From Candidatus Methylomirabilia bacterium (GTDB lineage: Bacteria > Methylomirabilota > Methylomirabilia > Rokubacteriales > CSP1-6): 28,378 bases of DNA. Of the stretch, positions 17,479 through 24,928 are shown one piece after another. Location: NCBI GenBank assembly GCA_041496385.1, contig JBGQEL010000050.1, forward strand, positions 1 to 28,378. The letters run 5' to 3'. The notes beneath the pieces were generated by a model. The model saw nothing but the letters and a program-made list of their open reading frames with translations, was not told the DNA's origin and did not search any database. The position numbers and the translations under genes were made by a program. The stretch's first letter is position 1. The number at the start of each line of letters is the position of its first letter.

Positions 17479-19545
17479 TTGACCCTCAAGGCCGGGGGGC
17501 GGTTCGCCTCCTATATTCCGTTTCTCCTGATCGCCTCGGTCGGCGTCGCCGTCTCAGTCTCCGCCTACGTCACAGCGCGGGTGTGGGAGCGTGCGCGTTT
17601 CGAGTCCCAGTTCGAGCGCCGAGCCCGGGCGATGACGGCGGCCGTCGAGAAGGGGCTCGCGAGCAACCTCGAGGTCCTTCACTCCACCCGGGCGCTATTC
17701 GAAGTGTCGCCGGACACGGGCGCGCGGGGCTTCCGCGACTTCGTCCAGGGCTTCCTCATCCGCAACTCGAACATCCAGGCGCTCTCGTGGAACCCCCGCG
17801 TCCTCGACGCCGAGCGGGCGCGGTACGAGGCCCTGGGCCGGCAGGGCGTCGCGCCCGGATTCCAGATCACGGAGCTCGGCGCCGGGGGCGCGCTGGTGAG
17901 AGCCCGGGCGCGCGCGGAGTACGTCCCGGTCGGCTACATCGAGCCCCGCCAGGGGAACGAGTCGGCGCTCGGCTTCGACATCCTCTCGGATCCGGTGCGA
18001 CGCGAGGCCATCGAGCGCGCGCAGCGTCTGGACCGGCCCGCCGCGACCGCGCGCATCCGGCTGGTACAGGAACGCGGGGGGCAATGGGGCTTCCTCATCC
18101 TGATGCCGGTCCGTGGCGGCGCCGGCATCCGGGGCTTCGCGGTGGGCGTCTTCCGGGTCGGCGACATGGTGGCCGCCTCGCTCCGGGGCCTGGACGTCGC
18201 CGGCATCGAGCTCGGCGCCGTCGACGAGACCGGCCCGTCGCCCGAGCCCGTCCTGGAGCTCCCACGGTCCGCGGCGGGCCAGCGCGAAGCGAGCACAGCG
18301 CGGCTCGGCTGGCGCACGACCCTCGACGTCGCAGGCCGCCGCTGGTCGCTCTCGTTTTCCCCCACCCAGGGATACCTGGCCGAGCATCGCGCGTGGCTCG
18401 ACTGGGCGGCGCTCGCGCTCGGGCTCTCGGTCACCGCCATGGTGTTGGCGTACGTCCACGGCGCGTCGCGGCGCGCGGCGGCGCTCGCGGAGAGTGAGGA
18501 ACGATTCCGCTCGGCGTTCGCGCACGCCGCGATCGGCATGGCGCTCACGGGCCTGGACGGACGTTTCTTGAAGGCGAACGGCGCGTTCTGCGGGATCACC
18601 GGATACTCCGAAGCCGAGCTCCGCGCCACGGATTTCGCCGCGCTGACGCATCCCGACGACCTGCCCGAGAACATGCGGCTGTTCCGACGGCTGCTAGCCG
18701 GCGAGATTCCTGGGTTCGTCCACGAGAAGCGCTACCTCACCCGTGACGGCGGGATCGTGTGGGTCCAGAACAGCGTCTCGCTGGCGCGGGACGAGCGGGG
18801 CCAGCCGGCCAGCATGATCGCGCTCATCCAGGACGTCACCGAGCGCAAGCGCGCGGAGACGAGCCTGCGGCTCCTGTCGCGACGTCTCCTCGATATCCAG
18901 GAGACCGAGCGACGGCGCCTCGCCCACGAGCTTCACGACGAGATCGGGCAAGCCCTGAGCGCGCTCAAGCTGAATCTCGAGCGCATGAGCGCGCACGCGG
19001 TCACCCCCGGGGACGGCACGCTCCGCGACGACAGCATCGGCATCGTCGAACGGCTCGCGCAGCAGGCGCGCAGCCTGGCGCTGGACCTGCGCCCGTCGTT
19101 GCTCGACGACTTCGGCCTGGTCCCCGCCGTGAAGTGGTACGTGAAGAAGCAGGCGGAGCGTTCCGGGCTCGAGACCAAGATCGTGGACAAGGTCGCGGGC
19201 GACCGTCTGCCGAAGGAAGTCGAGACGGCGTGCTTCCGCGTCATCCAGGAGGCGGTGACGAACGTCGTGCGCCACGCGCGCGCCAGACGGGTGACGATCG
19301 AGCTCGCGGCCGGAGACACGGAGGTCTCGCTCTCGGTCACGGACGATGGAGACGGCTTCGACGTCGCGGCCGCCCGGACCACGGCCTCACTGGGCGGGAG
19401 CTTCGGCATCGTCGGCATGGAGGAACGCGTTTCGCTCGCGGGCGGCCGCTTCGAGCTCGATTCGACCCGCGGGCAGGGGACGGTCGTGCGCGCTCGGCTT
19501 CCCCTCACTGCGCCGCCGCCGCCCGGCGAGGTGTCAGAGGCGTGA
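17479..19545 (+). CDS. Membrane CHASE-PAS-HisKA_3 histidine kinase
   Basis: TM helix, CHASE domain (IQALSWNPRV, YVPVGYIEP, ALGFDI, PAATARIRLVQ), TM helix, PAS (THPDD, WVQNSVS, QDVTERK), QETERRRLAHELHDEIGQ, QEAVTNVVRHA, DDGDGF. Confidence 0.92.
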   Translation: MTLKAGGRFASYIPFLLIASVGVAVSVSAYVTARVWERARFESQFERRARAMTAAVEKGLASNLEVLHSTRALFEVSPDTGARGFRDFVQGFLIRNSNIQALSWNPRVLDAERARYEALGRQGVAPGFQITELGAGGALVRARARAEYVPVGYIEPRQGNESALGFDILSDPVRREAIERAQRLDRPAATARIRLVQERGGQWGFLILMPVRGGAGIRGFAVGVFRVGDMVAASLRGLDVAGIELGAVDETGPSPEPVLELPRSAAGQREASTARLGWRTTLDVAGRRWSLSFSPTQGYLAEHRAWLDWAALALGLSVTAMVLAYVHGASRRAAALAESEERFRSAFAHAAIGMALTGLDGRFLKANGAFCGITGYSEAELRATDFAALTHPDDLPENMRLFRRLLAGEIPGFVHEKRYLTRDGGIVWVQNSVSLARDERGQPASMIALIQDVTERKRAETSLRLLSRRLLDIQETERRRLAHELHDEIGQALSALKLNLERMSAHAVTPGDGTLRDDSIGIVERLAQQARSLALDLRPSLLDDFGLVPAVKWYVKKQAERSGLETKIVDKVAGDRLPKEVETACFRVIQEAVTNVVRHARARRVTIELAAGDTEVSLSVTDDGDGFDVAAARTTASLGGSFGIVGMEERVSLAGGRFELDSTRGQGTVVRARLPLTAPPPPGEVSEA

Positions 19546-19567
19546 CACGCACAGGATCCGCCCAGGT

Positions 19568-19636
19568 CCCGGGTATGCCCTCGGTCCGAATGGGGTGTTC
19601 ACCCGATTGCTCCGGGAACCCGAGGGGCGCGACCAT
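19568..19636 (+). promoter_or_regulatory. Tandem-palindrome promoter P6 (small Arg-rich protein)
   Basis: CCCGG-GTATGC-CCTCG (19568), TGGGG-TGTTCA-CCCGA (19591), TTGCTC, N18, GACCAT (19631-36), CGCACC, ATG. Confidence 0.68.
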
Positions 19637-19642
19637 CGCACC

Positions 19643-19909
19643 ATGCTCGAGGCATGGGAAGGCAACACAAAGAAGAAGCCGTTGCCGTTTGGTCGCCTGC
19701 TCCTCGTCGTGTCGCGCAGCGAGCCGACACGGTACGTGTACCTCAAGCACGTGTTCGGTGACGGCCTGGAAGTGATCCTCGATCGGCGTGCGGAGATGCG
19801 GCGCCGAAGCACGGAACCAGCGGCGGAGAAGAGACGCCGCGAAGATCGCCGCAGTCACGACATCAGCGAGGATCTCAAGCTGACCGGCTGGGCGCTGGTG
19901 CGGCGTTGA
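19643..19909 (+). CDS. Small hypothetical protein with DRR/RR repeats (88 aa)
   Basis: C-terminal part of ORF 19346..19909: MLEAWEG...LLLVVSRSEPTRYVYLKHVFGDGLEVILDRRAEMRRR...RRREDRR...GWALVRR. Sits cleanly between two motif promoters. Confidence 0.7.
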   Translation: MLEAWEGNTKKKPLPFGRLLLVVSRSEPTRYVYLKHVFGDGLEVILDRRAEMRRRSTEPAAEKRRREDRRSHDISEDLKLTGWALVRR

Positions 19910-19940
19910 GGCCGCCCCGATGAATGTGCGCGGCGGCGCA

Positions 19941-20009
19941 TCGGGTATTCGCCTGCTTCCGCGTACGTGATTCGCCCGATTGTCCGGGACGTCACGGACG
20001 GGCTACGTT
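19941..20009 (+). promoter_or_regulatory. Tandem-palindrome promoter P7 (MASE1 protein operon)
   Basis: TCGGG-TATTCG-CCTGC (19941), TACGT-GATTCG-CCCGA (19964), TTGTCC, N18, TACGTT (20004-09), CGCACC, ATG. Confidence 0.68.
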
Positions 20010-20015
20010 CGCACC

Positions 20016-21602
20016 ATGCACCGACTCTCTCCGATCGCATGGACCCTTCCCGTGCTCCTCGGCGTCTACTTCGTCGCCGGCAAACTCGGGCTGATGCTGG
20101 CCTTCGTGCACGCCAACGCGACGGCGGTGTGGCCGCCCACGGGCATCGCCCTCGCGGCGTTCATGCTGTTCGGATTTCGGGTCTGGCCGGCGATCCTGCT
20201 CGGTGCCTTTCTGGTGAATCTCACGACGGCGGGCTCGGTCGCGACGTCGTTGGGCATCGCCGTCGGCAATTCCCTCGAGGGGCTGCTCGGGGCCGTCCTC
20301 GTCGAGCGATTCGCCCACGGTCGAAACGTCTTCGATCGCGCGCCGGATTGCTTCAAGTTCATCGGCCTGGCGGCCCTCCTGAGCACGACGGTGAGCGCGA
20401 CCGTGGGCCCGAGCACCCTCGCGCTCGGCGGCTATGCATCCTGGGACCGCCTGGGCGCCATCTGGCTGACCTGGTGGCTCGGCGATGCGGCGGGCGCCCT
20501 GATCGTGGCGCCAGTCCTCCTCCTCTGGGGTCGCGACGTTCGCGTTCGGTGGAGTCCCGCGCGGGCCTTCGAGGCCACCTTGCTCTTCCTGGTGCTCGTG
20601 GTTGTCGGGGGGCTCGTCTTCGACGGGATGCTGTCCACCGTCGTGCAGCACCGCTCCCTGACGTTCCTCTGTGTTCCGCCGTTGGTCTGGGCCGCGTTCC
20701 GCTTCGGGCCACGCGAGGCGGCCACGGCCATCGCCCTGCTCTCGGGGATCGCCATCTGGGGAACGCTCCACGGGTCCGGGCCTTTCGTCGCGGAGACGCA
20801 GAACGAATCGCTGCTGCTGCTGCAGGCCTTCATGGGCACGATGGCCGCGATGACGCTCTCGCTGGCCGCGGTCGTGGCGGAGCATCGCCGGATCGAAGCG
20901 GCGCTCGCCCGGGTCGCGGCGATCGTGGAATACTCGGACGACGCGATCCTCAGCACGACGCTGCACGGCGTCATCACGAGCTGGAACGGCGGTGCCGAGC
21001 GCCTCTACGGCCACGCCTCGAGCGCGGTCATCGGCAGGCCGCTCTCGATCATCATTCCATCCGAGCAGGCGAGCGAGCCGCCCCGGATCCTCGGTCAGAT
21101 CCGGCGGGGCGAACTGATCGACAACTACGACACCGTCCGGCTAAAAAAGGACGGCTCGCGGGTCGACGTCTCGGTGACCGTGTCGCCGATCCGCGGAGGG
21201 GGCGGGCGCATCGTCGGCGCGTCCGTAATCGCGCGCGACATCACGGAGCGGAAGGAGGCCGAAGCGGCGCGACAGGAGCGCGATATCCTCCGCTCGGTGG
21301 CGAGTCTCGCCGCCGCCGCGGCGCACGAGATCAACAACCCGCTCACGGCCGTCATGGGACACGCCCAGTTGCTGGCGCACGAGATCGGTGCGGGGAGCCG
21401 GCGGCACATCGACGAGATGCTCACCGCCATCTACCGGATCCGCGACATCCTCGTCCGGATGCGACACGTCGAGCGCGTGGAGCTCGCCGAGCAGCCCGGG
21501 AACCTGCCGGCGATGCTCGACCTCGAGAGGTCGAGCACCGCGGAACCTGACGTCGTGGATCGCCGCGGCGAAGGCGTCGGCGCGCAGCACCGGGGCGACT
21601 AG
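20016..21602 (+). CDS. MASE1-PAS-HisKA protein lacking a HATPase domain
   Basis: MASE1 (YFVAGKLGL, VWPPTGIALAA, WWLGDAAG, PPLVWAAFRFG), PAS (AIVEYSDDAI, WNGGAERLYG, VSVTVSPIR, IARDITERK), H-box AAHEINNPL; ends about 85 aa later with no N/G boxes. Confidence 0.88.
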   Translation: MHRLSPIAWTLPVLLGVYFVAGKLGLMLAFVHANATAVWPPTGIALAAFMLFGFRVWPAILLGAFLVNLTTAGSVATSLGIAVGNSLEGLLGAVLVERFAHGRNVFDRAPDCFKFIGLAALLSTTVSATVGPSTLALGGYASWDRLGAIWLTWWLGDAAGALIVAPVLLLWGRDVRVRWSPARAFEATLLFLVLVVVGGLVFDGMLSTVVQHRSLTFLCVPPLVWAAFRFGPREAATAIALLSGIAIWGTLHGSGPFVAETQNESLLLLQAFMGTMAAMTLSLAAVVAEHRRIEAALARVAAIVEYSDDAILSTTLHGVITSWNGGAERLYGHASSAVIGRPLSIIIPSEQASEPPRILGQIRRGELIDNYDTVRLKKDGSRVDVSVTVSPIRGGGGRIVGASVIARDITERKEAEAARQERDILRSVASLAAAAAHEINNPLTAVMGHAQLLAHEIGAGSRRHIDEMLTAIYRIRDILVRMRHVERVELAEQPGNLPAMLDLERSSTAEPDVVDRRGEGVGAQHRGD

Positions 21603-21624
21603 AGCCGGTCGCCAGGCCCCGTTG

Positions 21625-22020
21625 ATGACACGCTCCCGCACGGGCCGTGGCGTCTCCTGGTGGGTGCCGATCTCTCTCGCCACGCTGACGGTCGTCATCG
21701 TCATCACCCTGGCCGTGTCCTTTCTGCACAACACGACCATCGGGCGCCGGGCGCGACACGCGAAGGCCACCGCGGACGTGGAGTCCATCGCGAGCGCCGT
21801 CATGCAGTACCGGCTCCACACGGGCGCCCTGCCAGACGGGCTCGTGGACCTCACGTCACCCGCGGCCGACGCCCAAGGGACACGCCGCGGTCCCTTTCTC
21901 CCGTCGATCCCGGCGCCGCCGCCAGGATGGACGGCGTATCGTTACGAGTTCCGACCCGGTGGCGCGTTCATCATCATGAGCACGGGCGACGGTCAGATGG
22001 CGGCGTCCGCGAAGCGGTGA
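21625..22020 (+). CDS. Orphan GspG/pseudopilin-like protein
   Basis: MTRSRTGRG then a hydrophobic helix; RARHAKATADVESIASAVMQYRLHTGALPDGLVDLT, GPFLPSIPAPPPGW-AYRY, IMSTGDG resemble the GspG globular domain. Confidence 0.65.
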   Translation: MTRSRTGRGVSWWVPISLATLTVVIVITLAVSFLHNTTIGRRARHAKATADVESIASAVMQYRLHTGALPDGLVDLTSPAADAQGTRRGPFLPSIPAPPPGWTAYRYEFRPGGAFIIMSTGDGQMAASAKR

Positions 22021-22095
22021 CGTAGGCGCCGAAGCTCAGGACGAGGTCGGCGATGGCGTCCCAGCGGTCGTGCCGCGCTCCCGCGGGGACGGCGA

Positions 22096-22980
22096 TCAGT
22101 GCGCCCCGAGAAACTCGCGGACGATCGGCAGGAAGGTGTCGAGGCGATCGTGGTGCAGCCAGTGGCCCGCGCCGTCGACGCCCACGACCCGGGCGTGACG
22201 GAAGAACTCGGCGCGGCCGTCCTCGGCCGGGTTCCCGGACCGGCTCTCCTTGCCGTACAGAAGGAGGGTGGGGCACCTGATCCGCGACCACAGGAGCTGG
22301 ATGTCCCGGCCGCGCATGTCATACGGCGGCCAGGCGCGCACGTAGTTGTCGAACTTCCAGCTGTAGGTCCCGTCCTCGTTCTGGTTCACGCCGTGCACCG
22401 TGAGATGCCGCGCCTGCGCCGCCGAGAGGTGCAGATTCTCCTCCTGCATGCGCCGGAACGCGTCCTCGATGGACGCGTAGCGCCGGGGCACGCGGCCGGC
22501 GAGCACGCGCTGCTCGCGGATCCACTCGTCCATGCGCTCGGCGATGTTTTTCATGCCGCGCTCGGCCAGCGCGCGTGGCGAGGGGCCGAGCCCCTCGATG
22601 GCCACAAGCCTGGCCACCGTCTCGGGGTAGACGCCGGCGTAGCGGAGCGCGATGTTGCCGCCGAGGGAGTGCGCGATGATCGTGACCGGCGCCAGGCGCT
22701 GCTGGTGAACGAGTTGCCCCAGATCGTAGACGTAGCCGGTCATCGTGTAGCTGCCGTCCGCCGACCACTGGCTGTCGCCGTGACCCCGGAGATCGGGCGC
22801 GATGACGTGCCAGTCGTGCCGGAGCGCTTCGGCCGTCCAGTCCCAGTTCCGGCAGTGGTCGCGTCCGCCGTGGAGCAGCACCAGCGGCGGCCCGTCGCGA
22901 TTGCCCCAGTCCACGTAGTGGAGCCGCAGCCGCTGGGAGAAGTAGGTGCGGGACGTCGGGCCCGGCTCCCGGCCGGTCAG
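22096..22980 (-). CDS. Alpha/beta hydrolase
   Basis: LLHGGRDH, APDLRGHGDS, nucleophile AHSLGG, GAGHWLHHD. Frame extends upstream of the track's GTG (22914) through GPTSRTYFSQRLRLHYV to a CTG at 22980. Confidence 0.88.
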   Translation of the reverse strand: MTGREPGPTSRTYFSQRLRLHYVDWGNRDGPPLVLLHGGRDHCRNWDWTAEALRHDWHVIAPDLRGHGDSQWSADGSYTMTGYVYDLGQLVHQQRLAPVTIIAHSLGGNIALRYAGVYPETVARLVAIEGLGPSPRALAERGMKNIAERMDEWIREQRVLAGRVPRRYASIEDAFRRMQEENLHLSAAQARHLTVHGVNQNEDGTYSWKFDNYVRAWPPYDMRGRDIQLLWSRIRCPTLLLYGKESRSGNPAEDGRAEFFRHARVVGVDGAGHWLHHDRLDTFLPIVREFLGAH

Positions 22981-24566
22981 GGTTCGCGCTCCTTCTCCAG
23001 CTGGACCAGCAGGCGGCGCAGGATCTTACCGGACGCCGATTTGGGGATCTGGTCGATGAACTCGAGGTGCCGGATGCGCTTGTGCGGGGCGACGCGCTCC
23101 GCGACAAACGCCATGATCGCCTCGCCCTTCGTCGCGCGCGACGTCGCGTCGGGTTTCAGGACCACGTACGCCTTGGGCACCTCGCCCGCTTCCTCGTCCG
23201 CCTTGCGGATGACGGCGCAATCGAGCACGGCCGGGTGCGTCAGGAGCACCGCCTCGAGCTCGGCCGGCGCGACCTGCATGCCCTTGTACTTGATCAGCTC
23301 CTTCGTGCGGTCGACGATGAAGAACCAGCCGTCGTCGTCCACGTAGCCGACGTCGCCGGTGTGGTACCAGCCGTCGGCGTCGAGGCACGCCGCCGTTTCC
23401 TCCGGCCGGTTGAGGTAGCCTTTCATGATCTGCGGTCCGCGGATCCAGAGCTCGCCCTCCTGGCCGGTGGCGACCTCGACGCCCGTGTCGACGCCCACCA
23501 TCTTCACCTCGGTGTTCGGGACGACGCGACCGACCGATCCTGGCTTCAGCGGCGCGTTCCGCGTCGGACTCAGGTGGGTGACGGGGCTCGCCTCCGTCAT
23601 CCCGTACCCTTGCACGACGGGGCAGCCGAGCTTCTTGCTGAGCTCGCGCGCGAGCTCCTCGCCGAGGGGCGCCGCGCCGGAGAAGACGAGCCGCACGCTC
23701 GAGAGGTCGAACTGGCTCACCGCCGGATGCTTCACCATGCCGAGCACGATCGGCGGCACGAGCGGAGCGATGGTGATCCGATACTTCTGGATGAGCGTCA
23801 GGAACTCCTGGAAGTCGAACTTCGGCACGCTCACGATGGTCGCGCCCTGCGACAGGCCGAGCTTCATGATGACCACGAGGCCGTAGATGTGGAAGAACGG
23901 CAGGACCGCGATGATGCGATCGCCTTCCTTGAACCCGTCGAAGTTCTCTGCGCCCTCGCACTGGCTCAGGTTGGCCACGAGGTTGTAGTGCGTGAGCATC
24001 ACCCCCTTGGGTAGCCCCGTCGTGCCGCTCGAGTACGGCAGGGCGACCACGTCCTGCCGCGGGTTGATCGTGACCGCGGGCGGGCTTGGCGGCGCCTCGA
24101 GCAGCTCGGCGAACGGGCGGGCGCCCTCCGCCGTGCCGAAGACGAAGATGTCCTCGATCGCGGCCGCCGCGGCGGCCTCCTTGGCCTTGTCGAGGAACGC
24201 CGGGGCGGTGATCAGGAACCGCGCGCGGCAATCCTGGAGCTGCTTGGCGAGCTCGCCGGCCGTGTAGAGCGGATTGACCGTCGTGTTGACGCCGCCGAGC
24301 GAGGCGACCGCGTTGAAGATCACCGCGTACTCGGGAAGGTTCGGACTGTAGATCGCGAAGACGTCGCCCTTGCGGAACCCACGGCGCGCCAGACCCGTCG
24401 CGACCCGCCGGATGCTCTCTGCGAGCTGACCGTACGTCAGCGTGCGGCCCGTCGGGCCGTCGATCATCGCCGGCCGATCCCGTAGCCGCTCGGCGTGCCG
24501 CAGCACGTACTCGGTGATGGAGACCTCGGGAATGGTGATGGCCGGCCAGGCGCTCTTGATGATCAT
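22977..24566 (-). CDS. 4-coumarate-CoA ligase / luciferase-like AMP-binding acyl-CoA synthetase
   Basis: Start MIIKSAWP after GAAGGAG. LPYSSGTTGLPKGVMLTH, LPFFHIYG, QGYGMTEASP, GELWIRGPQIMKGY, DRTKELIKYKG, IPKSASGKILRR. Confidence 0.93.
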   Translation of the reverse strand: MIIKSAWPAITIPEVSITEYVLRHAERLRDRPAMIDGPTGRTLTYGQLAESIRRVATGLARRGFRKGDVFAIYSPNLPEYAVIFNAVASLGGVNTTVNPLYTAGELAKQLQDCRARFLITAPAFLDKAKEAAAAAAIEDIFVFGTAEGARPFAELLEAPPSPPAVTINPRQDVVALPYSSGTTGLPKGVMLTHYNLVANLSQCEGAENFDGFKEGDRIIAVLPFFHIYGLVVIMKLGLSQGATIVSVPKFDFQEFLTLIQKYRITIAPLVPPIVLGMVKHPAVSQFDLSSVRLVFSGAAPLGEELARELSKKLGCPVVQGYGMTEASPVTHLSPTRNAPLKPGSVGRVVPNTEVKMVGVDTGVEVATGQEGELWIRGPQIMKGYLNRPEETAACLDADGWYHTGDVGYVDDDGWFFIVDRTKELIKYKGMQVAPAELEAVLLTHPAVLDCAVIRKADEEAGEVPKAYVVLKPDATSRATKGEAIMAFVAERVAPHKRIRHLEFIDQIPKSASGKILRRLLVQLEKEREP

Positions 24567-24636
24567 GCGGGCTCCTTCGCTGGCGCCGACGGTACCACCG
24601 ACTGCCTGCTGCTCTCCGCGGGCCAGGCCGGCTCGG

Positions 24637-24665
24637 AGCCTATCGCCGAGCCCGACGGGGGTCAA
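24637..24665 (-). promoter_or_regulatory. Sigma-70-like promoter for the CoA ligase-hydrolase operon
   Basis: Minus strand TTGACC (24665-60), N17, TAGGCT (24642-37). Confidence 0.5.
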
Positions 24666-24887
24666 GCGCCCTTCGTGGCGGTGGGCCATGAATGACCACC
24701 GGCTCGATACCGCCACCTCGAGAGGCCGTCGCGCGCAGCGACGCGTTCGTCGTCACGCTGGATCGCGTCGTCGTGCGCCGTTCTCGCGCGTGAGAATCGT
24801 CATGCGAATGACAGTGCCCTGCCACGAAGACACGAACTGCGATGAGCTGGAACTTGTAAACGCACGACTTCGCTCGGAACACCGCCA

Positions 24888-24902
24888 TGGCACGAATGCT
24901 GC
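24888..24902 (+). promoter_or_regulatory. Sigma-54 (-24/-12) promoter
   Basis: TGGCACGAATGCTGC = GG-N10-GC with canonical TGGCAC. Predicted +1 near 24914, just before RBS GGAG (24917-20) and TTG (24929). Confidence 0.7.
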
Positions 24903-24928
24903 GAATTTCCGGATTCGGAGATCGCTTC

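Noticed and set aside
7500..22020. Central cluster as a mobile genomic island
   Set aside because: No integrase, transposase, tRNA, flanking direct repeats or obvious compositional shift visible.
22021..22095. Possible gene remnant on the minus strand (DRWDAIADLVLSFGAY)
   Set aside because: Too short and no recognisable family.
24675..24716. Hairpin GTGGCGGT...ACCGCCAC
   Set aside because: Single GC-rich inverted repeat with no U-tract and no second copy; no function can be assigned.
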